UHGV virus genome: UHGV-0388930
Direction: 5' to 3' (one strand)
DNA from: a virus
DNA: 41,223 nt
Shown here: piece by piece, positions 8,227-17,522 of the stretch
Layout of the letters: each line of letters opens with the position of its first letter
Position numbering within the stretch: the stretch's first letter is position 1
Program-made: the position numbers and the translations under genes
Notes under the pieces: generated by a model
Seen by the model: the letters and a program-made list of their open reading frames with translations, nothing else
What the model was told of the DNA's origin: nothing
Databases searched by the model: none

Positions 8227-8571
8227 TTAATCATCATCAGATAATAAAGTTCTGATGATATCCTGTTTTTGTTCGACCGTGAGTTTTTTTCCGTTCCTTG
8301 CAATAAGACTTTGGATATCCTCATAAGTTGGTTCATACAACCTTATCTGAGACTGGATTACCGTGGTGTCTTTCTTACGTCCCAAAAGATAATCTATATC
8401 TACATTAAAAAAATCAGCAATTTTCTCTAGAGTCTCGAAATCGGGTTCTCTATTCCCATTTTCATACATACTGATAGAACTTCTTGAGATTTCTAATGCC
8501 TCTGATAAATCTGCTTGAGAATATCCACGAGTCTGTCGTAGTAATTTAAATATTTTATTAAATTCTCCCAT
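8227..8571 (-). CDS. XRE-family phage repressor (cI/ImmR-like)
   Basis: N-terminal HTH GYSQADLSEALEISRSSISMYENG; divergent from the cro-like gene. Confidence 0.8.
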   Translation of the reverse strand: MGEFNKIFKLLRQTRGYSQADLSEALEISRSSISMYENGNREPDFETLEKIADFFNVDIDYLLGRKKDTTVIQSQIRLYEPTYEDIQSLIARNGKKLTVEQKQDIIRTLLSDDD

Positions 8572-8738
8572 GGTTACACCTCGCTTCTATACTAAATGAT
8601 ATCACAATTTGTGAACGTTGTAAAGAAAGAATGACACACTTTGTAATAAAAATCTGTTTTACGTATTGACACGAAGTGTAAACGGTGGTATAACATGAAC
8701 AGACACGATATGTGTCAATGTGGAAAGGAGGTGAATCT
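8572..8738. promoter_or_regulatory. Divergent immunity promoter/operator region. PR-like promoter TTGACA (8666-8671), 17-nt spacer, extended -10 TGgTATAAC (8686-8694); operator palindromes TCACAAtTTGTGA (8609-8621), ACACgaaGTGT (8670-8680), GACACgatatGTGTC (8703-8717)
   Basis: Consensus hexamers and palindromes read directly. Confidence 0.55.
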
Positions 8739-8993
8739 ATGGATGCCGAGGCTATTTCTAAACGCCTTATACAACTAAGGGGTGAGAAAACCCAGGAAGA
8801 AGTTGCAAAAGCTGTCGGAATCAGCAAGTCTGCTTTATCAATGTACGAAAATGGTAGCCGGATACCGCGAGATGAAATAAAAATTCGGATAGCAAAGTAT
8901 TACCATAAAAGTGTGCAGGCCATTTTTTTTAACAATAATGACACGAAATGTGACATTAGGAAAAGTGAAACAAACACACGTTCGATTCGATAA
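8739..8993 (+). CDS. Cro-like XRE HTH regulator
   Basis: ATG with AAAGGAGGTGA RBS (the track ORF from 8712 is an in-frame extension without an RBS); HTH QEEVAKAVGISKSALSMYENG. Confidence 0.7.
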   Translation: MDAEAISKRLIQLRGEKTQEEVAKAVGISKSALSMYENGSRIPRDEIKIRIAKYYHKSVQAIFFNNNDTKCDIRKSETNTRSIR

Positions 8994-9043
8994 ATATACC
9001 ACTATGGGGGACGTGTGTCAACTGGAAAAGGAGGGTGAGAGAA

Positions 9044-9286
9044 GTGGAGAAGAAAATGACAGTCGCTGGTTTGAACGATTATGCCCTTTTGGCAAGCGGT
9101 TTCGATAAAGAAAAGATATTGAAAGCAGTTGAGAGTTGCGTGCTTGCAATGGGCGGTTTAACGATTGCTGAAAGTAAAGTAGCAAGGGCGCATCTGGACA
9201 ACGTTATGGAAGATATGTATAAACGCAGTCCAGATACATTGATAAATACTATTCAGCATGGTTTACAAGGTCGTTCTCATGAGTAA
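9044..9286 (+). CDS. Hypothetical early protein
   Basis: GTG 9 nt after AAGGAGGG. Confidence 0.4.
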   Translation: MEKKMTVAGLNDYALLASGFDKEKILKAVESCVLAMGGLTIAESKVARAHLDNVMEDMYKRSPDTLINTIQHGLQGRSHE

Positions 9287-9494
9287 CAAAGTTGTATGCA
9301 TAATTGTAGGCTTCAACATATTGGTTAGATAGGGACAATACGTCAGATAAAACAACATTTTCGCCATTAAATAACTTTTCATTATTCGCGATTGAATTTA
9401 TATAGGCGAGAGCAATATTATGTGCGGCTAGTTCTGGATTGATAATACGTACTTTGTCAATCTCCGAAGAAGTTAACCCATAATTTTTTGCCAT
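9249..9494 (-). CDS. Hypothetical protein on the opposite strand within the early region
   Basis: 81 aa; strong AAAGGAG RBS 6 nt upstream; convergent overlap with 9044-9286. Confidence 0.4.
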   Translation of the reverse strand: MAKNYGLTSSEIDKVRIINPELAAHNIALAYINSIANNEKLFNGENVVLSDVLSLSNQYVEAYNYAYNFVTHENDLVNHAE

Positions 9495-9585
9495 GACAAT
9501 CTCCTTTCTTTCGTACTCGGCGCTGCAACGCCTGTACTTACATTATAGGAGGGGGACATAAAAAACACAAGAAAGGAATGACTTA

Positions 9586-10095
9586 ATGAACAAATTAACA
9601 AGAACAACCATTACGTCAATAGAGGTCGCAGAATGGTGTGGCAAGAAACACACAGATTTACTAAGGGATATCCGTCGATATACTGCGCAGTTAGCCGAAA
9701 GCAAAATTGCGTTGGGCGAATTTTTCCAGGAGAGCACATATCAGGATGCAAATAACCAGACACGTCCCTGCTTCCTGGTCACAAAGAAAGGCTGTGAGTT
9801 TATTGCCCACAAGATGACCGGACAGAAGGGAACGGAGTTCACAGCGCGATACATCAACCGGTTCCATGAGATGGAGGAAGGAAAGCTTCCCTGCCCTCTC
9901 AATCCCCAGGTTGCATCTAGCGTAGCGGAGTTGGGACGGGTGACAGAGCGTGTAATGACCAAGCAGGGGTCACCAGCCTATAAAATTGCAGAAGCATTCA
10001 AGATGGAGTGTGAACAGTTTGGCATCCAACTCCCTGCGGATTTTGTGAAGGTACCGGAGTATGAGCAATTGGCGCTGTCACAGTTTATGCAGTAG
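9586..10095 (+). CDS. Rha-family phage regulatory protein
   Basis: N-terminal ITSIEVAEWCGKKHTDLLRDIRRY typical of the phage pRha domain. Confidence 0.7.
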   Translation: MNKLTRTTITSIEVAEWCGKKHTDLLRDIRRYTAQLAESKIALGEFFQESTYQDANNQTRPCFLVTKKGCEFIAHKMTGQKGTEFTARYINRFHEMEEGKLPCPLNPQVASSVAELGRVTERVMTKQGSPAYKIAEAFKMECEQFGIQLPADFVKVPEYEQLALSQFMQ

Positions 10096-10135
10096 GCGTG
10101 TGTCAATGGGAAGATGAGGAAAGGAGGGGTGAGAG

Positions 10136-10333
10136 GTGGCAAAAGCATACATGAGTCCGGAAGAAGCCGCTCCGTTGTTGGGGATAAGTCCGAAAGATAT
10201 CAGAAGAAACATGCGGAATGGGGCGCTGGATTTGGGGCTGGCATTAGACCCCAAAAAAACTGGACGAAAGAACTGGAAGTTTAAAATCTATCCAGCAAAA
10301 CTATACAAAATCACAGGAGGGCAGGAGCAATGA
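10136..10333 (+). CDS. Small HTH DNA-binding protein (excisionase/AlpA-like)
   Basis: GTG start with AAAGGAGGGG RBS; LLGISPKDIRRNMRNG HTH-like. Confidence 0.45.
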   Translation: MAKAYMSPEEAAPLLGISPKDIRRNMRNGALDLGLALDPKKTGRKNWKFKIYPAKLYKITGGQEQ

Positions 10334-10596
10334 CGAGAGCAACCGAGTTAACCATCCGCGCCAAGGCGGCCATCCGATACCCTGGCTGGCGGCTGGATAT
10401 TGTAGGTCCCACCACCGCAGTGCTTACCAACATGATGGGCAGACGGCGGACGGTCACGTTCCGGCGGCGCAGGAAGCAGTGTGACGGTCCGTGGGTGTGG
10501 CTGGCCAAGTGGGTGGTGCCCATGGTCATCTGGGGAGTGGGGATGTGGATTGTGTCCATTGTAATCATGGCATGGGCGCTGGGAGTGAAGCTGTGA
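10330..10596 (+). CDS. Small membrane protein (two TM helices)
   Basis: ATGA overlap with upstream gene; C-terminal WVVPMVIWGVGMWIVSIVIMAWALG. Confidence 0.35.
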   Translation: MTRATELTIRAKAAIRYPGWRLDIVGPTTAVLTNMMGRRRTVTFRRRRKQCDGPWVWLAKWVVPMVIWGVGMWIVSIVIMAWALGVKL

Positions 10597-10610
10597 AAGG
10601 AGAAAACGGA

Positions 10611-10883
10611 TTGAACAAGACATATAGAGGTGCCTATGAGCGCATGGCTGACCGCATGATAGCGGGACAGGCCCAGACTATTGAAATCAACTGGATTAAC
10701 ATGTCTGCCAAGGAAGCCGGGAATGGTGGTGCAGACCGGGTCACTGTGAAGCTGGTTGCCGCCGGGTACCGGCCTGATGGAAGTGGGTGTGCGGAGAGAT
10801 ACCGGAAGGCCTATGAGGAGGGCCGGAAGGTGGATGGACGTTATATACGGCTTCCGCAGGAGACGTGGATGCGGAGCGCATGA
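10611..10883 (+). CDS. Hypothetical protein
   Basis: TTG start 8 nt after AAGGAG; avoids the out-of-frame overlap of the longer 10491 ORF. Confidence 0.3.
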   Translation: MNKTYRGAYERMADRMIAGQAQTIEINWINMSAKEAGNGGADRVTVKLVAAGYRPDGSGCAERYRKAYEEGRKVDGRYIRLPQETWMRSA

Positions 10884-10968
10884 AAGGAGGTGAGGGAATG
10901 TACAACCCAAAGGAAAGGAACTACAGGCCATCCTGGACCTGCTGGGGGAGTGGCGGAACAGGAATGGT

Positions 10969-11205
10969 GTGGGATATGTAACAATGTGCATCCTGGATGA
11001 TGGTTTCGGTGCGGCCTATGACTATGATGACCACAAGAGCATGTGCGTTGTGACGGGGGAATATGGAGGTGGAAACCATGGGGACAGTGACATGCAGGAC
11101 ATGCCGGTACAGGAACCGGTGCATGGAGTACAGCCGGATGATACCGTGCCGGTCATACAAAAAATGGACCCGGACGGGTGGAGCCGTCAAGAGTCCAATA
11201 ACTAA
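10969..11205 (+). CDS. Acidic hypothetical protein (start uncertain; a strong RBS also precedes an alternative short frame at 10897)
   Basis: ORF track; acidic composition. Confidence 0.3.
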   Translation: MGYVTMCILDDGFGAAYDYDDHKSMCVVTGEYGGGNHGDSDMQDMPVQEPVHGVQPDDTVPVIQKMDPDGWSRQESNN

Positions 11206-11250
11206 AAACATCACACCCTTAGTATAAGGGATTTCAAAGGAGATTGCAAG

Positions 11251-11796
11251 ATGCTTACCAAAAAAGAAGTTACCAACTGGGTATATAGGGTCCGGGATAA
11301 AGCGTTCAGGAGCCTGCTGGATGCATATGAAAAGGCAGTCAAGGAAGAGGAGGACCGGATATTCAAGGAAAGTGGGGCCACCGACATAATCAAGAAGCTG
11401 GAAGCCTCGATGCGGGAGATGAACCGGGAACATGAGAAGCTTATAAGCCTTATGCGTGACAGCCAGGAGATGTCCTACGAGACAGCGTCATGCTATGGAT
11501 TATCCTACCATCTTGACAAAATTGACCCGGTGGATAGGAAGGTCCGTAACGCAATTAAATATGATTCCAAAAAGCTCACACAGCTCAAAAAGAAATATGA
11601 GGATGATGAGAGGAAGGTTGGCGCCAATTATGCGGCAGTGTTGGCAGAACTGAAACTTAAATCCAATGCTAAGCGTTGTGTAGAGTATCTGAAGGAGCTG
11701 GGCTTTGATACAAGCAGCCTGGAGAAACTGGAGCATACAGAGGTGGCCGTGCAGCTGGACAGGCGGTATCTGTTTGTCTGCGGGGATAACAAATAG
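11251..11796 (+). CDS. Hypothetical phage protein (charged, helical)
   Basis: 181 aa; AAAGGAG RBS. Confidence 0.5.
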   Translation: MLTKKEVTNWVYRVRDKAFRSLLDAYEKAVKEEEDRIFKESGATDIIKKLEASMREMNREHEKLISLMRDSQEMSYETASCYGLSYHLDKIDPVDRKVRNAIKYDSKKLTQLKKKYEDDERKVGANYAAVLAELKLKSNAKRCVEYLKELGFDTSSLEKLEHTEVAVQLDRRYLFVCGDNK

Positions 11797-11810
11797 GGAG
11801 GGGGATATCC

Positions 11811-11963
11811 ATGGAGGATAAATATCACCATCTCTGGATCCTTTTCCGGAGCCGGATGGCCCAGAGGGCAGACGATGCGGCCAGCACGGAAAAGAAGGAG
11901 ATGTACGACTGGGTGCTGGAGGAGACAGCACTGATAGAAGCGGAGGTGTTCCTGGAGGAATGA
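11811..11963 (+). CDS. 50-aa hypothetical protein
   Basis: GGGAGGGGG RBS; ATGA overlap with next gene. Confidence 0.3.
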   Translation: MEDKYHHLWILFRSRMAQRADDAASTEKKEMYDWVLEETALIEAEVFLEE

Positions 11964-12163
11964 AGGTCAAAGCCAGTGAACTGCAGCAAGGACAGAGGAT
12001 ACATATAGAGTATGGTGACCATGACAACTGGGTGGACATTACGATAGGTGAGGTAAACCGATTTCCACACAAGGTCATTGCCATGTGCTATGACGGGACC
12101 ACCAGGCTGGATGTGCTCTTCCGGCCAGACGAACAAGTGGAGGTGCTGCAGGAAAATGCGTGA
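11960..12163 (+). CDS. Hypothetical small protein
   Basis: 67 aa; coupled start. Confidence 0.4.
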   Translation: MKVKASELQQGQRIHIEYGDHDNWVDITIGEVNRFPHKVIAMCYDGTTRLDVLFRPDEQVEVLQENA

Positions 12164-12350
12164 CATGCATGAGTGTGATGCCTGCGGTCAATATCAGGTC
12201 CCGGATGGCCTGGCCTGTAGCCAGTGCCGGAAGAATGCCGCGGTGCATAGGAAACGTAGAAGGATGAATGAAGAGATAACAGGAGGATATGATGGAAGGG
12301 ATTATATTACAGGTGAGGCCGGTAGCCGGCCAGATTCAGACCAACTTTGA
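12156..12350 (+). CDS. Small zinc-ribbon protein (CDACG...CSQC)
   Basis: In-frame ATG inside the 12078 ORF, overlapping the upstream stop. Confidence 0.3.
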   Translation: MRDMHECDACGQYQVPDGLACSQCRKNAAVHRKRRRMNEEITGGYDGRDYITGEAGSRPDSDQL

Positions 12351-13242
12351 CGAGATTGAAAAACAGCTTGCAGTTGAAATGGGCAAGTATGATGGCGTGG
12401 TTTTCACGGAGGAGACCAAGGCGGATGCTAAGAGGACAGTAGCGGAGCTACGTAAGATTAAGAAGTCCATCGATGACAGCCGCAAGGAAGTCAAAACCCA
12501 GTGGATGGAACCGTACAATCAGTTTGAAGCCCGCGTGAAGCAGATGACAGCCCTGGTGGATAAGCCAATCAACCATATCAATGGTCAGGTAGAGGAGTTT
12601 GAGACAAAGCGGCTTAAGGAACGTCAGGCAGAGATAGAACAGATATATACAGAAGAAATTGGTGATATGGCGGACTTCCTTCCGCTCTACCGCCTGCAGG
12701 AGGACAAGTGGAGCAACGCCAGTACATCCGTCAAATCCATCCGTAAGTCCATGTCGGAGACCATTGCCAATACCCGAGCGGGCAAGACCGCCATTGAGGC
12801 CATGCAGTCCGATGCGGTACCGGAAGCCCTGCGGAAGTTCCAGGCCACGCTGAACCTACCGGATGCGCTGGCATATATCAACCGGTATGAGACCCAGAAG
12901 GCAGAGACATTACGGAAGGAAGAGGAGCGCCGCAGGCAGGAAGAGGAACGCAGGCGCCAGGCAGAGACTGAACGTATCCGTGCGGATGAGCGCCGGCGTA
13001 TGGCCGAGGAGGAACGGATTCGCCAGGAAGCAGTAAAAGAGGAAGAAGGGCGTATCCGCAAGGAAGCGGAAAAAGCCATAAAGGATGAAATCAGGTCCGT
13101 GGATGAGGAGAGTGCCGCACCGTTGACGGCACCGGATTCCCATACCGCAGTATATACGGTAGTGGGGACGGATACCGAACTGCAGGAGCTGGAGATGGCC
13201 ATGATCAGCCTGGGACTGTATTACGAAAGGAAGGATATCTGA
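12289..13242 (+). CDS. DUF1351-like phage protein with a strongly charged E/R-rich coiled coil; usually partnered with ERF/RecT recombinases
   Basis: 317 aa; ERRRQEEERRRQAETERIRADERRR segment; position directly upstream of the ERF gene. Confidence 0.45.
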   Translation: MMEGIILQVRPVAGQIQTNFDEIEKQLAVEMGKYDGVVFTEETKADAKRTVAELRKIKKSIDDSRKEVKTQWMEPYNQFEARVKQMTALVDKPINHINGQVEEFETKRLKERQAEIEQIYTEEIGDMADFLPLYRLQEDKWSNASTSVKSIRKSMSETIANTRAGKTAIEAMQSDAVPEALRKFQATLNLPDALAYINRYETQKAETLRKEEERRRQEEERRRQAETERIRADERRRMAEEERIRQEAVKEEEGRIRKEAEKAIKDEIRSVDEESAAPLTAPDSHTAVYTVVGTDTELQELEMAMISLGLYYERKDI

Positions 13243-13460
13243 TGCCAAACATTATTACGGTAAGCCGGAAAAGTGAAATTAAAATCAACCGGAATGCCAG
13301 AGGGGATGGGGTCATCAAGATTGACTGCGAATCGGCAGACCTGCTGGAAGAACTCCTGAAGAAGGCAGGGGGAATCCTGTCAGTCAAGGAACTAGCCTCA
13401 AGCATGATTAAATACGCTTCGAACGACACCATAATCAGGATAGAGGGGGAGGAGGAATAG
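13242..13460 (+). CDS. Hypothetical protein
   Basis: 72 aa; ATGA-coupled start. Confidence 0.4.
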   Translation: MPNIITVSRKSEIKINRNARGDGVIKIDCESADLLEELLKKAGGILSVKELASSMIKYASNDTIIRIEGEEE

Positions 13461-13464
13461 CACC

Positions 13465-14184
13465 ATGAATGTATATGAGAAGCTGCAGCATGTGCAGTCT
13501 GGCTTAAAGGCACCAAAGAACCAGTACAATAAGTTTGGGAATTATTATTACAGGAACTGTGAGGATATCCAGGAGGCGGCCAAGCCCCTCCTGCAGGAGG
13601 TAAAGGCGGCACTGGTGGTCGGGGATGATCTGGTCATGATTGGGGACCGGTATTACATCAGGGCCACTGCCCGGTTTGTGGACTGTGAATCCGGCGAGAC
13701 GGTGGAGAATACGGCCTATGCAAGGGAGGAACAGGATAAGAAGGGGATGGATGCATCCCAGGTGACCGGGAGTACAAGCAGCTATGCCAGGAAGTATGCC
13801 CTGAATGGGCTCTTCTGCATTGATGATGTGAAGGATGCGGACAACCAGGACAATACATCTGGGAAAGGGCAGACGGCCGGCAGGAGCGGCAAGACCGGGA
13901 CTAAGACATCCGGGAAGCAGGAAACAGGGAAGCCGGCAGGGACAGGACCGGCAGCGGGGCCACCAGAGAATAAGGCAGAAACGGAGAAGGTGACCCCGTC
14001 CATGATTGGGTCCGTCCAATCCCTGGTGGAGAAATACAGCACCAAAGGACTGAAGATGGAGAAAATCCTTAAGATGTACAGCATCAAGGATATAGCGGAG
14101 ATGGACGTGTCCCAGTATAAGGACTGCATGAAGAAACTGGAATTATACAAGAAAAAGGAGTCGGAGGAGCCGAAAAATGAATAG
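13465..14184 (+). CDS. erf: ERF-family single-strand annealing protein
   Basis: N-terminal KFGNYYYRNCEDIQEAAKPLL motif typical of the ERF superfamily; low-complexity Gly/Thr/Lys C-terminus; upstream of the SSB gene. Confidence 0.6.
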   Translation: MNVYEKLQHVQSGLKAPKNQYNKFGNYYYRNCEDIQEAAKPLLQEVKAALVVGDDLVMIGDRYYIRATARFVDCESGETVENTAYAREEQDKKGMDASQVTGSTSSYARKYALNGLFCIDDVKDADNQDNTSGKGQTAGRSGKTGTKTSGKQETGKPAGTGPAAGPPENKAETEKVTPSMIGSVQSLVEKYSTKGLKMEKILKMYSIKDIAEMDVSQYKDCMKKLELYKKKESEEPKNE

Positions 14185-14635
14185 GGTGATTCTTATGGGA
14201 AGGCTGACCCGGGACCCGGAAATCAGATATTCGCAGGGCGAGCGTTCCATGACAATCGCGAAGTATACGCTCGCAGTTGACCGGAGAGGCCGTAGGGGCC
14301 AGGACAATGACCAGGCAGCGGATTTTATCAACTGCGTGGCGTTTGACCGGGCCGGGGAGTTTGCGGAGAAGTATTTCCGGCAGGGCATGAGGGTCCTTGT
14401 GTCGGGAAGAATCCAGACAGGAAGCTATGTGAATAAAGAAGGTCAGAAAGTATACACCACCGAGGTCATCCTTGATGACCAGGAATTCGCAGACAGTAAG
14501 GGCGCATCATCTGACATGGGCCGCGGCTATATGCAGTCAGCCCCATCTCAGGGACTGGCGTCTGCAGGTGCGGTTGGTGATGGGTTCATGAACATTCCGG
14601 AGGGGGTGGAGGACGAAGGGCTGCCCTTTAATTAG
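14177..14635 (+). CDS. ssb: Single-stranded DNA-binding protein
   Basis: MNRVILMGRLTRDPEIRY... OB-fold signature; acidic C-terminal tail ending DEGLPFN. Confidence 0.85.
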   Translation: MNRVILMGRLTRDPEIRYSQGERSMTIAKYTLAVDRRGRRGQDNDQAADFINCVAFDRAGEFAEKYFRQGMRVLVSGRIQTGSYVNKEGQKVYTTEVILDDQEFADSKGASSDMGRGYMQSAPSQGLASAGAVGDGFMNIPEGVEDEGLPFN

Positions 14636-14649
14636 CCGGAGGTGATTAC

Positions 14650-15159
14650 TTGAACATACAGATTGACAGCCGCGAGAAGGCCCGCGCCATCCGGAAGATT
14701 GTGGCAGAGTTCGACCGACAGGGTGTGGACCATTTCGTATCAAAGTTATATGTCGGGGATTATATGAATTATGATAATCCCCGGTTGATCATAGACAGGA
14801 AACAGGACCTGACGGAGCTGTGCGGGAACGTCTGTCAGGGGCATAACCGGTTCCGGGATGAAATCCTGCGGGCCAGGGAACATGGGATTGAGATCATCAT
14901 CCTGTGTGAACATGGCCGGGGGATTGAATGCTTGGAGGATGTCATATGGTGGAGGAACCCCAGACGGATAGAACGGTATAGGGACCCGCATACAGGAAGA
15001 TGGATGGAGCAGGAGACAAAGGCTACTACTGGGGATAAACTCTATAAGATTTTATGTACGTTTGAGCGCAAGTATGGCTGCCGGTTCCTGTTCTGTGAGA
15101 AGAAGGATACCGGGAAACGTATCATAGAACTGCTGGGTGGTGATGGCCATGACCAGTGA
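14650..15159 (+). CDS. ERCC4 (XPF/Mus81)-type nuclease, probable structure-specific resolvase
   Basis: IDSRE and GDY-x-IIDRKQDL matching the ERCC4 GDxnERKxxD signature. Confidence 0.55.
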   Translation: MNIQIDSREKARAIRKIVAEFDRQGVDHFVSKLYVGDYMNYDNPRLIIDRKQDLTELCGNVCQGHNRFRDEILRAREHGIEIIILCEHGRGIECLEDVIWWRNPRRIERYRDPHTGRWMEQETKATTGDKLYKILCTFERKYGCRFLFCEKKDTGKRIIELLGGDGHDQ

Positions 15160-15640
15160 GGAGATTAAGGCAGCCTACAGCATGAGGGATGTGGTGGAGC
15201 GGTATGGGTTCCGGCCAAACCGTGCCGGTTTCATCCACTGTCCCTTCCACGGCGGCGACCGGGAGCCGTCCCTTAAGGTGTATGACCGTGACTTCTACTG
15301 CCATGCCTGCGGCACCCATGGTGATATATTTGATTTCGTCATGCTTATGGATGGAATTTCCTTCAAGGAGGCATACCAGAGCCTTGGCGGGGAATACCAG
15401 AAGCCGACATTTTCCAGCCGCCTGGCTGTCTACCGGGCACAGAAGCAGCGCGCCATGCGTCTGAAGGAAGCGGAACGGGAGCGGGAGAAACGCAGGCTGA
15501 ACAACATGCTCATAAGCATCTACAGGGCGTATATGGAACGCTCAGAGCCCCTAGGTGACGTTTGGATGGATAGTTATAACGCCCTGCAGTACCAGCTCTA
15601 TGTGCAGGCAGATTTAAACGGATTGGAAGCGAGGTGGTAG
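15137..15640 (+). CDS. CHC2 zinc-finger primase-like protein (DnaG N-terminal-type zinc finger)
   Basis: CPFHGGDREPSLKVY...FYCHACGTHGDIFDF zinc-binding pattern. Confidence 0.6.
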   Translation: MVMAMTSEEIKAAYSMRDVVERYGFRPNRAGFIHCPFHGGDREPSLKVYDRDFYCHACGTHGDIFDFVMLMDGISFKEAYQSLGGEYQKPTFSSRLAVYRAQKQRAMRLKEAEREREKRRLNNMLISIYRAYMERSEPLGDVWMDSYNALQYQLYVQADLNGLEARW

Positions 15641-15641
15641 C

Positions 15642-17522
15642 ATGGTGCCGTTGAAGGAGCTGACGGCCGAGACAATCCTGTCAAAGGAGATCCTGACAGA
15701 AGTATTCAATCAGGAGGATGAGCTGTACCGGGCGGAGCTTCTTGCCTCGTTGGGACTACGCGCAGCAGAACTGAAGGTGAAAACAGAGTTCCGGGATATG
15801 GTGGCCGCATACAAGCGGATTGAGAAGGAGATGAAACGGCAGGAGCGGGACCGGAAGAGCCAGCCCTGCACGCTGGAGCAGTGGACCAATTTTTCAGGCC
15901 CTTATGACAACATGCAGTGTAAGCAGTGGATTGCCTCGGAGAATGGGATCTATCTGAATAACCCGTCTACAGGCTATACCGATGTGCTGGCCTGCTATCA
16001 TCCAATCCTGCCGGTGGAGCGGATGAAGAACCTGGAGACCGGGGAAGAGCAGATTAAACTGGCCTACAAGCGGAATAACCGCTGGGAGGAGATCATTGTC
16101 CCCAAGACCATGGTGACCTCCGCTAACAGGATTGTGGCACTGTCAGGCCGCGGGATTGCTGTGACCTCTGAGAATGCCAAGTACCTGGTGCGGTACCTGG
16201 CAGATGTGGAAAACGCTAATGAGGAGCATATAGCGGTCCAGTATTCCACATCGAAGCTGGGGTGGATACGGGGCGGGTTCCTGCCCTACGATACGGATAT
16301 TGTGTTCGATGGGGACGTGCGGTTCCGGCAGATTGCGGAGAGCATAGGACCGTCCGGGAACCGGGATAAGTGGTATGGACATGTGCTGGAGTTACGCAGG
16401 TCGGGCCGGCTGGAAATCAGGTTCATGCTGGCCGCATCCTTTTCCAGTGTCCTGGTGCAGCCCTTGGGTGGTCTGCCGTACTTTGTGGACCTTTGGGGGG
16501 AGACGGAAGGCGGGAAGACCGTGGACCTGATGCTGGCGGCATCCGTATGGGCAGACCCGGACGAGAGCGCCTACATTAAAGACTATAAGGGGACGGAGGT
16601 AGGCCTGGAGGCCATCTGTGACCTGCTGAACAACCTCCCCCTCATCCTGGATGATACCAGCAAGAAGAACCGGAAGATAGAGGATAACTTTGAAGGCCTG
16701 GTCTATGACCTGTGTTCAGGGAAGGGGAAGACACGTTCGAACAAGGAACTGGGACTTAACCGGGAGAACCACTGGAAGAACTGCATACTGACCAACGGTG
16801 AGCGCCCGCTGAGCTCCTACGTGACCCAGGGAGGCGCCATAAACCGTATCCTGGAGATTGAATGCGGTGAGCGCGTGTTTGAGGATCCAGGGTACACCGC
16901 GGAGCTGGTAAAGCACAATCATGGTCATGCCGGCCAGGAATTTGTGGATGTCATCAAGGACATAGGCATGGACCGGATCCGTGAAATCCAGCAGGGATTC
17001 CTGCGCCAGCTGGCAGATGATGAGAAGATGCAGAAGCAGAGCCTGTCCCTGTCAATCATCCTGACGGCCGATAAGCTGGCCGCGGACCATCTGTTCAAGG
17101 ACAGGCAGTACATAAGCCTGGAAGAAGCCAGGGAGGTCCTGGTGGACCGTAATGAGCTTTCAGACAACGAGCGGTGCTATCAGTTCGTGCTGGATAAAGT
17201 GGCCATGAATCCGGCCAGGTTTGATGACAGGGTGGAGAATGTAGAGAAGTGGGGCACGATTGAAAACGGATATGCCATCATCTATGCCACGGCCTTCACA
17301 TCCCTGTGTAAGGAGGGCGGTTTTTCCCGCACGTCCTTCCTGTCCTGGGCGGACCGGAAAGGCATCATACAGGCAGATAGGAGCGGGAAACGGCTGGATA
17401 AGGTCAAGAGCTTCAACGGGAATAAGATACGCTGTATCTTTCTAAAGCTGAATGATGATACGGATAAGGATGGTTTTGCGAGGGTGGAGGATGACGGCCA
17501 GGAACGGCTGCCGTTCAACTGA
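15642..17522 (+). CDS. Primase-associated P-loop helicase-like replication protein (DUF927/D5-like NTPase)
   Basis: 626 aa; Walker A GETEGGKT, Walker B-like LILDDT; domain order typical of phage/plasmid primase-helicases. Confidence 0.65.
   Translation: MVPLKELTAETILSKEILTEVFNQEDELYRAELLASLGLRAAELKVKTEFRDMVAAYKRIEKEMKRQERDRKSQPCTLEQWTNFSGPYDNMQCKQWIASENGIYLNNPSTGYTDVLACYHPILPVERMKNLETGEEQIKLAYKRNNRWEEIIVPKTMVTSANRIVALSGRGIAVTSENAKYLVRYLADVENANEEHIAVQYSTSKLGWIRGGFLPYDTDIVFDGDVRFRQIAESIGPSGNRDKWYGHVLELRRSGRLEIRFMLAASFSSVLVQPLGGLPYFVDLWGETEGGKTVDLMLAASVWADPDESAYIKDYKGTEVGLEAICDLLNNLPLILDDTSKKNRKIEDNFEGLVYDLCSGKGKTRSNKELGLNRENHWKNCILTNGERPLSSYVTQGGAINRILEIECGERVFEDPGYTAELVKHNHGHAGQEFVDVIKDIGMDRIREIQQGFLRQLADDEKMQKQSLSLSIILTADKLAADHLFKDRQYISLEEAREVLVDRNELSDNERCYQFVLDKVAMNPARFDDRVENVEKWGTIENGYAIIYATAFTSLCKEGGFSRTSFLSWADRKGIIQADRSGKRLDKVKSFNGNKIRCIFLKLNDDTDKDGFARVEDDGQERLPFN

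Noticed and set aside
10311-14019. Long minus-strand ORFs (10311-10991, 10921-11433, 11500-12084, 12687-13202, 13504-14019 and others) running antisense to the early-gene block
   Set aside because: They lie opposite tightly packed + strand genes that have good RBSs and recognisable products, they lack RBSs of their own, and they have odd Cys/Pro/Arg-rich composition typical of shadow ORFs in GC-rich DNA.
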